Assembly (NCBI GenBank): GCA_965233195.1 | Contig: CBDDSB010000013.1 | Location: 2,964 to 66,963 of the forward strand | From: an uncultured bacterium | Lineage (GTDB): Bacteria > Pseudomonadota > Gammaproteobacteria > Burkholderiales > SG8-39 | Reading direction: 5' to 3' | DNA length: 64,000 nt | Shown: one piece after another, positions 8,661 through 18,030 of the stretch | Position numbering within the stretch: the stretch's first letter is position 1 | Layout of the letters: every line of letters starts with the position of its first letter | Notes under the pieces: generated by a model | Database searches by the model: none | Seen by the model: only the letters and a program-made list of their open reading frames with translations | What the model was told of the DNA's origin: nothing | Program-made: the position numbers and the translations under genes

Positions 8661-10638
8661 CGACCTAGCCGAGGGCTGGCAGGCCATCGAGCGCAACGAT
8701 TTGCGGGCGGCAGAGGGCATCGCCCGCGCCGCGCTAACGGCGAATCCTGGCGATGTCGAATCGCTGTATCTCCTCGGATCGAGCCTGCTGTTCCAGGACC
8801 GCTTCCAGGAGGCACTGGCGCCGTTGAGCGATGTGGTTCGAAGCGCGCCGCGCCGGGGAGCTTGCCACCGCCTCGGGTACTGCCATCTAGCTCTCGGCGA
8901 CTTCAAGTCCGCAGAACAGCTGCTGCGACGCGAGATTGCCGCGCACCCGGACCTGGTCGACGCGCACAACACCCTGGGCGTTGCGCTGATCAACCAGGGC
9001 AGCGCGCGCGACGCGCTCGCGGTGTTTCTCGAAGCAGCCAGGCTCGACCCGCGCTCCGCCACTGCGAACAACAACGTCGCGAACGTGCTTGGCGAGCTGG
9101 GACGCAACGACGAGGCGTTGCCGTACCTTCAAAAAGTCATCGAAGCGAACCCCGGGCTGGCGGATGCACGCCACAACCTCGGCATGCTGCTGCAGAAGCT
9201 CAAGCGCCATGAGGAGGCGGTGGCGAGCCTGGAAGCGGCGCTGCGCCTCGCGCCGGGGGCGGCGTATACGCTAAGCAGCCTGGTGTGGAATGAGCTCGCG
9301 ATCTGCAAATGGGACGGATTGACGGCGCACATCGACGCCCTTCGCAGCCAGGTGCGCCGGGCTGAGATCCCCGCCGAGCCTTTTGTCTTCGTCGCCGTGT
9401 CGCCATCTCCAGAGGAGCAGCGGCTGTGCGCGGAACGGCACGTGCGGCAAAAGCTGCCGCCGCGCGCACCGCTCTGGCAAGGATCCCGCTACCGCCACGA
9501 CCGCGTCCGACTCGCCTACCTGTCGGCCGATTATTGCGAGCATGCGACCGCCTATCTCGCTGCCGGGCTCTTCGAGCGGCACGATCGCTCCCGCTTCGAG
9601 GTTATCGGCGTCTCTTACGGGCCCGACGATCACAGCCCGATGCGACAGCGCCTGATGCGCGGCTTCGATCGGTTCGTCGACGTCCAGTCGCGCGGCGACG
9701 AGGAAACCGCGCGTCTGCTGCGGGAGATGGAGGTCGACGTCGCGATTGACCTCAAGGGGTACACCACCGGCGCCCGCCCGGAAATCCTCTCGTATCGCCC
9801 CGCGCCGGTGCAGGCGAGCTACCTCGGCTTTCCGGGAACGATGGCGGCGCCGTTCATCGACTACATCGTCGCCGACCGCTGGGTGCTGCCGGAGGCGGAT
9901 CGGCCTCACTACGCCGAGCAGGTCGTGTATCTGCCCGACAGTTATCAGGTGAACGATGCCGCACGCGCGATCGCCGGCGATGTCCCGACCCGGGCAGAGG
10001 CGGGATTGCAACAGCACGCGTTCGTGTTCTGCTGCTTCAACAACAGCTACAAGATCATGCCGCCGGTGTTCGAGATATGGATGAAGCTGCTGCGCGAGAT
10101 CCCCGAAAGCCTGCTCTGGCTGCTTGAAGACAGCGGCGGGGCGAGGCGGCGCTTGCAGCATGCCGCGCAGGCGAGCGGGGTGGACCCCAAGAAGCTGGTG
10201 TTCGCTGCTCGCGTCGCGCCCGCCGCGCACCTGGCGCGCCATCGCCTGGCGGACCTGTTCCTCGATACGCTGCCGTGTAACGCCCACACCACCGCGAGCG
10301 ACGCGCTATGGGCGGGCCTGCCGGTACTGACCTGCGTCGGCGATGCCTTCGCCGGCCGGGTCGCTGGCAGCCTGCTGCGCGCCGTCGGCCTGCCCGAGCT
10401 TGTCGCGCCGAGTCTGCATGACTATGAGACGCTCGCGTTCAAGCTCGCGCGAGCGCCGGCCCTGCTCGCGGAGCTCAGGGGCAGGCTGGTGCGCAACCGC
10501 GCCACGGCCCCGCTCTTCGACCTCGAGCGCTTCCGGCGTCATCTCGAAGCTGCGTATCTGACGATGTGGGAAACCGCGCAGCGCGGAGAGCCGCCGCGCG
10601 GATTTGCGGTCCAGCCGCTGCCGAACGATCAGCGCTGA
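8620..10638 (+). CDS. TPR-repeat protein with C-terminal GT41 (O-GlcNAc-transferase/SPINDLY-like) domain
   Basis: N-terminal TPR repeats ('ESLYLLGSSLLFQDRFQEALAPL...', 'AHNTLGVALINQGSARDALAVFLEAARLDP'). The C-terminal OGT-like region includes 'RLAYLSADYCEHATAYL', 'APVQASYLGFPGTM' and 'NAHTTASDALWAGLPVLT'. ATG 8620 is preferred over ATG 8587; both overlap the HD-GYP gene. Confidence 0.8.
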   Translation: MTSTRRAFPAISPNDLAEGWQAIERNDLRAAEGIARAALTANPGDVESLYLLGSSLLFQDRFQEALAPLSDVVRSAPRRGACHRLGYCHLALGDFKSAEQLLRREIAAHPDLVDAHNTLGVALINQGSARDALAVFLEAARLDPRSATANNNVANVLGELGRNDEALPYLQKVIEANPGLADARHNLGMLLQKLKRHEEAVASLEAALRLAPGAAYTLSSLVWNELAICKWDGLTAHIDALRSQVRRAEIPAEPFVFVAVSPSPEEQRLCAERHVRQKLPPRAPLWQGSRYRHDRVRLAYLSADYCEHATAYLAAGLFERHDRSRFEVIGVSYGPDDHSPMRQRLMRGFDRFVDVQSRGDEETARLLREMEVDVAIDLKGYTTGARPEILSYRPAPVQASYLGFPGTMAAPFIDYIVADRWVLPEADRPHYAEQVVYLPDSYQVNDAARAIAGDVPTRAEAGLQQHAFVFCCFNNSYKIMPPVFEIWMKLLREIPESLLWLLEDSGGARRRLQHAAQASGVDPKKLVFAARVAPAAHLARHRLADLFLDTLPCNAHTTASDALWAGLPVLTCVGDAFAGRVAGSLLRAVGLPELVAPSLHDYETLAFKLARAPALLAELRGRLVRNRATAPLFDLERFRRHLEAAYLTMWETAQRGEPPRGFAVQPLPNDQR

Positions 10639-12599
10639 CCGGCACACCACGCGCGCCACATCTCGCGGTAGACCTTCTCCAGATCCCTGGTGAAGCGCGC
10701 CTCGTCCATCAGCGGGCTCGCCTGCAATTTCGCGCGTAGCGTGGAGCGCAGCTCGGCGAGCAGCGCGGGGTTTCTGGAAGCGTCGACGGCACGCTGCACA
10801 TACTCATCGGGGCTCGACGCGATCCAGTCAGTCAGGCCGGCCGTCGTCAGGATGCTGGCCGCGCTGCGCGAGGGCGGTCGCGAGCCGGGAAGCGTGACCA
10901 CCGGCACGCCCATCCACAGTGCGTCGCAGGTCGTGGTGCCGCCACTGTAGGGGGTGCTGTCGAGGGCGATGTCGACGCGCGCGAACCAGTCGTAGTACTC
11001 GCGCAGCGGCGCGAAGGGCACGAGGGTCACGCGGCTCGCGGCGATGCCGACAGCGCCGAGGCGCCGCAGCACCTCATCGCTCGCGCGACCCGGCGCGACG
11101 CCGAGCACCGTGAGGCGCGCCTCGGGAAGCTGCCGGAAAACGTTCCCCCACAGCGCGACGGTGGCGGCTGAGAGCTTGGCGATCTGCGTGAACGTGCCGA
11201 AGGTGACGTGCCGTTCGCGCACGCACGGCGGCGCGGCGGCGGCTGGCGCGTCCACAAAAGGGCGGTAGCACCACTGGCTGTGCGGCAGGCGCACCAGCGT
11301 CTCGGTATGCAGCCGCTCGGCCTCCGGCGGGTCGCTGACGGCGTCCGTGATGCGGTAGGCGATGCGCGTAAGGCCGGTGGTGTTGAGATAGCCGAGCCAT
11401 GCCGCCTGCACGGGCGCAGGCTGCAGGGCGAATGCGCCGAGCCGCGCGATGCCGGAATGACCGGAGAGGTCGACCAGGATGTCGACGTGGTCGGCACGAA
11501 TCGCCTGCGCCAGCTGCGCCTCGGAGGCGCTGGCGGCGTCGCGCCACAGGTCGGCGTGCGCTGCCACGCGGCGAGTGAAGTCGTCCGCCCGGGTGCTGGT
11601 GCCATAGCAGCAGATCTCGAAGCTGGCACGGTCGTGACGCTCCAGCAGCGGCAGCATGAACAGCGCGACCGGATGCGAGTGGAAGTCGCCGGAGACGTAG
11701 CCGATGCGCAGCCGGCGCTCGGCATCGGCGGCGGGGGCGAAGGTAAAGGCGGGTGGCCGCGCGCGCTCCAGCCGCTCCCCGAAGGCGCGGTGCCGCTCGA
11801 ACAGCGCCTCGGCCGAGATCGTGTCGCTGAAATTGAGCAGGAACAGCTCAAATGACGCAATCTCGAGCTGGCCTGGGTCGCGCTCGAGGGCGCCGGCGCA
11901 GAGCGCGAGGATTTCGTCTACGCGTCCCTGCCGGTGCAGCAGGTTGCCGAGCATCCGGTAGGCGAGGACGAACCCCGGGTCAAGGGCGAGCACGCGGCGC
12001 AGCGCCGCCTCGGCCTCTGCGTCGCGCTCCAGGCGCATCAGCGTCCTGCCGTAGTTGTAGACAGCCTCGGTCCAGTCGGGCTTGTCGCGCAGAACGGCCT
12101 CGAGCTGCGCCGCGGCCGCCGCAAGGTCGCCTTGCGCCTCCAGGATATGGAAAAGCGCCGCGCGGGCCATCAAGTCCTTGGGCCGGTGCGGCAGCGCGCT
12201 CTTCAGCTCGGCGGCCGCGGCGGCAAGCTCGCCCTGCGCCTGCAGCACGTAGGCGAGCACGATGCGCGCGTCCGGGAAGTCGGGACGCTGGCGCAGCGCG
12301 TGCTCGAGCAGCTGCCGCGCCCGCGGCAGCTCGCCGCGCGCGTATAGCAGCTTGCCGAGGTTGTACCCGGCGAAGGGGTCCGCCGCGTCGAGCGCCAGCG
12401 CGCTTTCATAGCAGGCGACGGCGCCGGCGGCATCGCCGAGCGCCTCAAGGCCGATGCCCAGGTTGAGATGCGCCTTGGCGTAACGTGGCGCGCTGGCCAC
12501 CGCCCGGCGATAAAGCTCGCAGGCCTTTTCAAACGCGCCGGCGGTCTCGGCGCGGTTGCCCTCGGCAATCAACTGGTCCGCGGCCTCATTACCCGACAC
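10629..12599 (-). CDS. TPR-repeat protein with C-terminal GT41 (O-GlcNAc-transferase-like) domain, paralog of 8620..10638
   Basis: GTG start at 12599. TPR repeats ('AKAHLNLGIGLEALGDAAGAVACYESALALD'). OGT-like C-terminus ('RIGYVSGDFHSHPVALF', 'APVQAAWLGYLNTTG', 'YSGGTTTCDALWMGVPVVT'). Confidence 0.8.
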   Translation of the reverse strand: MSGNEAADQLIAEGNRAETAGAFEKACELYRRAVASAPRYAKAHLNLGIGLEALGDAAGAVACYESALALDAADPFAGYNLGKLLYARGELPRARQLLEHALRQRPDFPDARIVLAYVLQAQGELAAAAAELKSALPHRPKDLMARAALFHILEAQGDLAAAAAQLEAVLRDKPDWTEAVYNYGRTLMRLERDAEAEAALRRVLALDPGFVLAYRMLGNLLHRQGRVDEILALCAGALERDPGQLEIASFELFLLNFSDTISAEALFERHRAFGERLERARPPAFTFAPAADAERRLRIGYVSGDFHSHPVALFMLPLLERHDRASFEICCYGTSTRADDFTRRVAAHADLWRDAASASEAQLAQAIRADHVDILVDLSGHSGIARLGAFALQPAPVQAAWLGYLNTTGLTRIAYRITDAVSDPPEAERLHTETLVRLPHSQWCYRPFVDAPAAAAPPCVRERHVTFGTFTQIAKLSAATVALWGNVFRQLPEARLTVLGVAPGRASDEVLRRLGAVGIAASRVTLVPFAPLREYYDWFARVDIALDSTPYSGGTTTCDALWMGVPVVTLPGSRPPSRSAASILTTAGLTDWIASSPDEYVQRAVDASRNPALLAELRSTLRAKLQASPLMDEARFTRDLEKVYREMWRAWCAGQR

Positions 12600-12644
12600 G
12601 CGCGGATTCTACCGTTCGGCGCGGGCGCCTATAATCCACGCCGC

Positions 12645-12971
12645 ATGCTGAGCTGGTTCTCGAGTAAACAGGTCGACGCGTTCGCGGACTCGATCGTCGC
12701 CGAATTGCTCGAGCGCTTTCCGCCGACGGGCATAGAGCTGTCGACGGAGAAGGCGGCAGAGCGCGCGATGAAGAATTTAGAGCGCATCCTGTCGCTCATC
12801 GGCGTGTTTGCCGCGGAGCACCGGCCTGGCCTCTACCAGAAGGCACGCTTCGGCAACCGCGTCAAATGGGCGTTGAAGGAGGCTGGCTACCCGCCGCCGG
12901 TGGTCGAGCTCATCACGCACGAGGTCGTGGCCAAGATGGCGCTGGCCGCCCGGGCGCGGCCCCCGAGGTGA
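12645..12971 (+). CDS. hypothetical protein (108 aa)
   Basis: ATG 12645 within the listed ORF 12468..12971. The sequence upstream of this ATG overlaps the divergent gene. No recognisable motif. Codon third positions are GC-rich like the neighbouring genes. Confidence 0.5.
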   Translation: MLSWFSSKQVDAFADSIVAELLERFPPTGIELSTEKAAERAMKNLERILSLIGVFAAEHRPGLYQKARFGNRVKWALKEAGYPPPVVELITHEVVAKMALAARARPPR

Positions 12972-13066
12972 CCAAATTCGGCAGTCGAGCGCGCGATTGG
13001 GCAGATCAGCGTGAAGAAATCCCCCCTTTGGACGTGAAAAGCTTGGCGAAAGAGCGGTTTGGCCTA

Positions 13067-13082
13067 TGGCATGGGAGTTGCT
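13067..13082 (+). promoter_or_regulatory. sigma54 (-24/-12) promoter upstream of the pilin gene
   Basis: TGGCAT-GGGAG-TTGCT matches the TGGCAC-N5-TTGCW consensus. It lies 63 nt upstream of the pilA ATG. Type IV pilin genes are classically RpoN-dependent. Confidence 0.6.
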
Positions 13083-13144
13083 CAACAGGGGTGCGTCAGA
13101 GAATAATGCTGACCGAATTAATTCACCAAGAGAGGGAAATCACA

Positions 13145-13615
13145 ATGAAAACGATGCAGAAGGGCTTCACCCTGATCGAACTGATGATCGTGGTTGCGAT
13201 CATCGGAATTCTGGCGGCCGTCGCGCTGCCGGCGTATCAGGACTACACCATCCGCGCGAAGATGTCGGAAGTGATTCTCGGGATGAGCGCTTGCCGCACC
13301 TCGATCACCGAGGTGTACCAGTCCGGTCCTACCCAAGCGCCGGGAATCAACGGCTGGGGCTGCGAGGTCTCGGCCTCGCAAGCGACGAAGTACGTCGCGG
13401 GAATCACCACCAACGGCGACGGCGCGGTGGCTGCCACAGTGACGGGCATCAGCAGCTCGGTGAACGGCTCGGTGGTCACGCTGATCCCGATGTCGACTTC
13501 CGCTGCGGCCGCCACGTTCTCCGCTGGCGACAGCAAGAGCCTGTACGGCTGGGTCTGCGGCGGCACGGGCACCAACGTGACGCTGAAGTATCTGCCCGGC
13601 TCCTGCCGCGGCTAA
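13145..13615 (+). CDS. pilA: type IV major pilin (type IVa)
   Basis: Class III signal '[34 protein letters not shown]' with Gly-1/Phe+1/Glu+5. C-terminal Cys pair ('[19 protein letters not shown]'). GAGAGGGA ribosome-binding site upstream. Confidence 0.92.
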   Translation: MKTMQKGFTLIELMIVVAIIGILAAVALPAYQDYTIRAKMSEVILGMSACRTSITEVYQSGPTQAPGINGWGCEVSASQATKYVAGITTNGDGAVAATVTGISSSVNGSVVTLIPMSTSAAAATFSAGDSKSLYGWVCGGTGTNVTLKYLPGSCRG

Positions 13616-13635
13616 CAGGTCCTAGCTTTGAAAAG

Positions 13636-13663
13636 AGGTACCCTTCGGGGTACCTTTTTTTTT
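13636..13663 (+). terminator. rho-independent terminator after pilA
   Basis: Perfect 8-bp stem AGGTACCC/GGGTACCT with a TTCG tetraloop, followed by T8. Confidence 0.75.
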
Positions 13664-13687
13664 GACCTGGGGGGGTCGCGCAAAGGG

Positions 13688-14836
13688 ATGACGGAGCTGA
13701 CGATTCTCATGCCGTGCCTTAACGAGGCGGCGACCGTCGGCAGCTGCATCGGCAAGGCGCGCGACTTCCTGCAACGCACCGGGATCGAAGGCGAAGTGCT
13801 GGTGGCCGACAACGGCTCCGACGACGGCTCGCGGGCCGTGGCGGAACGCGCCGGCGCCCGCGTCGTGCAGGTCGCGCAGCGCGGGTACGGCGCCGCGCTC
13901 ACCGGCGGCATCGCCGCGGCGCGCGGCCGCTATGTGATCATGGGCGACGCCGACAACAGCTACGACTTCGGCCGCCTCGAGCCTTTCGTCGAGAAGCTGC
14001 GCCAGGGCTATCCCCTGGTGATGGGAAACCGCTTCAAAGGCGGCATCCGGCGCGGTGCCATGCCGCCGCTGCACCGCTATCTCGGCAACCCGGTGCTCAG
14101 CTTCCTAGGCCGCCTGCTGTTCGGCGCGCGGGTTGGCGACTTCCATTGCGGCCTGCGCGGCTTCGACCGCCGGGCCGTCGGCGCGCTCGATCTTAGGACC
14201 AGCGGGATGGAGTTCGCGAGCGAGCTGGTGGTGAAGGCGGCGCTCGCCGGATGGCGCATCGCCGAGGTGCCGATCACGCTGCACCCGGACGGCCGCGGGC
14301 GACCCGCGCATCTGCGCAGCTGGCGTGACGGGTGGCGCCACCTGCGCTTCCTGCTGCTGTTCAGTCCGCGCTGGCTGTTCCTTTATCCGGGGCTCGCGTT
14401 GCTCGCTTGCGGCATGGCGCTGACCACCGCGCTGTACTTCTCCCCGCTGCGCATTCTGGGCGCCGGGCTCGACGTGCACAGCATGCTCTACGCTTCCGCC
14501 GGCGCCTTGCTCGGCCTGCAGCTGTGCCTGTTTGCGCTGTTCGCGCGCGTATCCGCGCAGAGCGCCGGGCTGCTGCCGCGGCGGCCGGCGCTCGATCGGC
14601 TGCTGCAGGCACTTACCCTCGAGCGCGGCCTGCTCCTCGGGCTTGCGGTTGCGGCCTGCGGCCTGTTCTGGAGCGCCGCGGCCTTCTGGCAATGGCGCGA
14701 GACCGGGTTCGGCGCGCTCGACCCGCGCGTGGTGATGCGCGACACCATCCCGGCGGCGACCCTGATGGTTGGCGGCATGGAGCTGGTGCTTGCCTCGTTC
14801 CTGCTGAGCGTCCTGCGGCTGAGGGAGGGCGGCTAG
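13688..14836 (+). CDS. family 2 glycosyltransferase with C-terminal multi-TM domain (polyprenol-phosphate sugar synthase-like)
   Basis: 'LTILMPCLNEAATVGSCI', 'VLVADNGSDDGS' and 'VIMGDADNSYDF' (DxD) form a GT2 core. A hydrophobic C-terminal half follows ('FLLLFSPRWLFLYPGLALLACGMALTTALYF...'). Confidence 0.85.
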   Translation: MTELTILMPCLNEAATVGSCIGKARDFLQRTGIEGEVLVADNGSDDGSRAVAERAGARVVQVAQRGYGAALTGGIAAARGRYVIMGDADNSYDFGRLEPFVEKLRQGYPLVMGNRFKGGIRRGAMPPLHRYLGNPVLSFLGRLLFGARVGDFHCGLRGFDRRAVGALDLRTSGMEFASELVVKAALAGWRIAEVPITLHPDGRGRPAHLRSWRDGWRHLRFLLLFSPRWLFLYPGLALLACGMALTTALYFSPLRILGAGLDVHSMLYASAGALLGLQLCLFALFARVSAQSAGLLPRRPALDRLLQALTLERGLLLGLAVAACGLFWSAAAFWQWRETGFGALDPRVVMRDTIPAATLMVGGMELVLASFLLSVLRLREGG

Positions 14837-14843
14837 GCCGATC

Positions 14844-15941
14844 ATGCCGCAGATCACGGTGGTGGTGCCGGCGTTCCGCGAGCGGGAGAACATTGCGCCC
14901 CTTCTGCTGGCGCTCGGCCAGGCGCTGGCCGGTGTCGACTGGGAAACCATCGTCGTGGTCGACGATGCGTTCGACGGCACCGAGGACTACGTACGGGAGC
15001 GCGCGCAGCAGGACCCGCGCGTGCGCTGCATCCATCGCATCGGACGCCGCGGCCGCGCCTCCGCGTGCCTGGAAGGAATGATGGCCAGCTCGGCGCCCTA
15101 CGTGGCGGTGATGGATGCGGACCTGCAGCACGATGAAAGCCTGCTGCCGCGCATGCTGGAAACGCTCGAGCGGGGCGACGCGGATATCGTCGTCGCCAGC
15201 CGCTACATGGAGGGCGGAAGCACCGGCGCTTTACCGCCGTCGCGCGTCTGGGTCAGCCGCACCGCGCGCGCGCTGAGCCGGCTGCTATCCAGCGGGCTGA
15301 GCGATCCCACCACCGGGTTCTTCATGGTGCGCAGGCAGTACCTGGAGCGCGTCGTGCGCCGCCTCTATGGCCGCGGCTTCCAGACGCTGCTCGACCTCAT
15401 CGCGGCGCAGCGCGGCGCGGTGAAGGTCGAGGAACTGCCCTACCGGATGCGCGGCCGGCAGCACGGCGAGAGCAAGCTCGGCCTGCGCGTGATCGCCGAA
15501 TTCTTCATGCTCGTGCTGTACCACCTGACCGGACGGCTGGTGCCGGCGCGCTTCTTCCTGTTCTGCGCGGTGGGCACCACGGGCGTCGGGGTGCACCTCG
15601 CGGTGCTGTGGGCGGCGTTCAACGCCACCGGGGGGCAGTTCCTGGCGAGCCAGGTGCTCGCCACCCTCAGCGCGATGACCAGCAACTTCTTCCTGAACAA
15701 TGCATTTACCTACGGCGACCAGCGCCTATACGGCCGCAAGGTCTGGCGCGGCCTGCTGAGCTACTACGTTGCCTGCGGCGTGGGCTCGATCATCAACCTC
15801 GCGATCGCCGACTGGCTGTTCCGCAATTCGGTGCGTTACTGGGTTGCCGGTCTGGCCGGCGCCGGCATCGCTGCCGTCTGGAATTTCTACACCACCGCTT
15901 CGCTCACCTGGGGCGCGGAAGGCTCGCGCAAAGCCCGATGA
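14844..15941 (+). CDS. GT2 polyprenol-phosphate glycosyltransferase fused to a GtrA-like domain
   Basis: 'ITVVVPAFRERENI', 'VVVDDAFDGTEDY' and 'VAVMDADLQHDE' resemble Dpm1/ArnC/GtrB. The C-terminal 4-TM GtrA-like region contains 'FCAVGTTGVGVHLAVLW...SNFFLNNAFTYG'. Confidence 0.85.
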   Translation: MPQITVVVPAFRERENIAPLLLALGQALAGVDWETIVVVDDAFDGTEDYVRERAQQDPRVRCIHRIGRRGRASACLEGMMASSAPYVAVMDADLQHDESLLPRMLETLERGDADIVVASRYMEGGSTGALPPSRVWVSRTARALSRLLSSGLSDPTTGFFMVRRQYLERVVRRLYGRGFQTLLDLIAAQRGAVKVEELPYRMRGRQHGESKLGLRVIAEFFMLVLYHLTGRLVPARFFLFCAVGTTGVGVHLAVLWAAFNATGGQFLASQVLATLSAMTSNFFLNNAFTYGDQRLYGRKVWRGLLSYYVACGVGSIINLAIADWLFRNSVRYWVAGLAGAGIAAVWNFYTTASLTWGAEGSRKAR

Positions 15942-18019
15942 CCGTTGCCCGCCTGGAACCGTTCCGCCCCGCGCGCGCCGACTGGCTGCACGCCGGGCTG
16001 GTCGCGCTTGCGCTGTTCACGCTCTACGCGGCGACCAGCCCGCGCAGCGTCGCCCTTGAGGACGATTCGCTGTTCGTGCTGTCGAGCTATTTCCTCGGCG
16101 TCGAGCATCCGCCCGGCTATCCGCTGTTCACGCTGATCGGCCATCTCTTCACATACCTGCCGTTCGGCTCGGTCGCCTACCGCGTGCATCTCGCGAGCGC
16201 GCTGTTCGGTGCGCTCTCCGGTGCCGCGGCCTGGCTGTGCGCGCGCAGCCTGATCCACGGGCGGCTGCCGGCGTACCTGGCGGCCTTCGCGCTCGGTCTG
16301 TCGCCGGTATTTTGGTCGCAATCGATCATCGCCGAGGTCTACACCCTCAACACCTTTTTCTTTCTCGTCCTTGTCTATCTCGGGCTTCAGGCCAGCAGGG
16401 GATCGGCGCAGGTGCCCGACGGCCAAGGTGGTGGCGGGGTCCTCTTTTGGATGGCGTTTGTTTTCGGGCTGAGCCTGAGCAACCACTGGCCCCTCATGCT
16501 GCTCGTGGCCCCGGCCTTCGTCGGCCTACTTTGGCCAAGGCGCACCGAGCTGCTGAAGCGCTTCGGATTGCTGTCATGGCTGGTGATCCTGGGTCTCGTT
16601 CCGTACGTGTGGATGATTCGCCGCTCTTGGATGGCCCTGCCGATCAGCTTCGACGGCCCCCTGGAGACCTTCCCCGAGATCGCGTTCTTCATCAGCCGGG
16701 CAGGCTACGCCGGGATCGACAATTCGGCGTCCGCGGACTGGATCGACCGCATCAAGTTTTTCCAGTTCTTTGGCGGACAGCTCCTGGTGCAATTCGCGGT
16801 TGCCGGCACGCTGCTCGCGGTCATCGGCTTCGCGGTGCAATGGCGTCTCCTGGGCCAGCGCGTGGCCGCGTTTCTCACCGTGGCCTTCCTGATGTCCTCG
16901 GCGGTGCTGTTGCTGCTGCTCGGCTTCGACTACAGCGCGGCGACCAAGCACGTCTTCCACGTCTATCCGCTGCCCGCCTACGCGGTGTTCGCGCTCTGGA
17001 TCGGCCTGGGATTTGCCTGGCTGACCCACCGCTACGCGCTGCGGCACAACCATGCCGCCGCCGGCGGCGCCGCAGTGCTCGCGCTCATCCTGGCGCTCGG
17101 CGCGCGCACCAACCTGCTGGCGAGCCACGATTGGGGCGCGCGTTACGCGCAGGCGATCTTGAGAATCGTGCCCGAGAATGCGGTGGTGTTTGGGCAAGGG
17201 GAGGCGGATCTGGGGCCGATGGCCTACTTCCACATGATCGAGAACTGGCGGCCGGACATAACGCTGTACCAGTCGAAGGGGCTAATCCTGGGCAACCGCC
17301 TGTTCCATCCGCTGCGCACCGATGAGAAGACGGCGCAGAGCAAGGTGAAGGAGATGATCGAGCAGCAGACCGACCCGGTGGTCTTTACGCTCGACGCCTT
17401 TAGCGGCAATGCGCAACTCGATCGATGGCTCTACATCCAGGTCGACAAGTCGTCTACCGATCCGCTGCAGGTGACGGTCGACATTCCGGACGACGCGGTG
17501 CGCTTTTTCGAGGAGTCCATTGCCGTTGAGCAGGATGCCAACGCCTGGGTTGCCTATTTCCAGGGCGAGCTGCGCCGCCGCTACGCGCTTCTGCTGGCGC
17601 GCTCACTGCAGCGCGAGCGGCCGCCCGACGAGCGCACCCTCCGGCATCTCGACCTGCTGGCCAAGGACTTCCCGGGAGCGCTTGGCATCGCCGAGGGCAT
17701 GTTCATGAACAAGGAGGGTTACTCGGTGGGCGCCGTGGGCAGCTACCTCGAGAAGGCGCGGCAGGCGATGCCGTCGGACGCCGGCAAGGCGCACGTATCG
17801 CGCTTTTTCTATCTGCGCGGGGCAGTTCGCTCGAGCATGGGCGATCGGACCGGCGCCACCCAGGACCTGGAAACGGCGGTTGCCGTCTGGCCGCGGGAGG
17901 ACAACAAAGCGATCGAGCAGCTCGAGGATCTTTACCGCGAGGCGGGCAATACGGCCGCGTTGAAAGCGCTTCAGGGACGCATCAAACGCACCAAGTCGCT
18001 CAACCTCCCCGGATCGTAG
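15938..18019 (+). CDS. DUF2723-type polytopic membrane glycosyltransferase (GT-C fold-like) with C-terminal TPR-like region
   Basis: ATG 15938 overlaps the upstream stop (ATGA). The first-loop motif 'ALEDDSLFVLSSYFLGVEHPPGYPLFTLIG' is characteristic of DUF2723. It has more than 10 hydrophobic helices and a soluble C-terminal helical-repeat region. Confidence 0.75.
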   Translation: MTVARLEPFRPARADWLHAGLVALALFTLYAATSPRSVALEDDSLFVLSSYFLGVEHPPGYPLFTLIGHLFTYLPFGSVAYRVHLASALFGALSGAAAWLCARSLIHGRLPAYLAAFALGLSPVFWSQSIIAEVYTLNTFFFLVLVYLGLQASRGSAQVPDGQGGGGVLFWMAFVFGLSLSNHWPLMLLVAPAFVGLLWPRRTELLKRFGLLSWLVILGLVPYVWMIRRSWMALPISFDGPLETFPEIAFFISRAGYAGIDNSASADWIDRIKFFQFFGGQLLVQFAVAGTLLAVIGFAVQWRLLGQRVAAFLTVAFLMSSAVLLLLLGFDYSAATKHVFHVYPLPAYAVFALWIGLGFAWLTHRYALRHNHAAAGGAAVLALILALGARTNLLASHDWGARYAQAILRIVPENAVVFGQGEADLGPMAYFHMIENWRPDITLYQSKGLILGNRLFHPLRTDEKTAQSKVKEMIEQQTDPVVFTLDAFSGNAQLDRWLYIQVDKSSTDPLQVTVDIPDDAVRFFEESIAVEQDANAWVAYFQGELRRRYALLLARSLQRERPPDERTLRHLDLLAKDFPGALGIAEGMFMNKEGYSVGAVGSYLEKARQAMPSDAGKAHVSRFFYLRGAVRSSMGDRTGATQDLETAVAVWPREDNKAIEQLEDLYREAGNTAALKALQGRIKRTKSLNLPGS

Positions 18020-18030
18020 CGCGCGGGAGC

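Noticed and set aside
12630-12635. Consensus TATAAT 9 nt upstream of ATG 12645. This would be a possible promoter for a leaderless mRNA.
   Set aside because: The -35 region at 17-nt spacing (TTCTAC) is poor. A single hexamer match in a 45-nt spacer is not sufficient. Noted only as a possibility.
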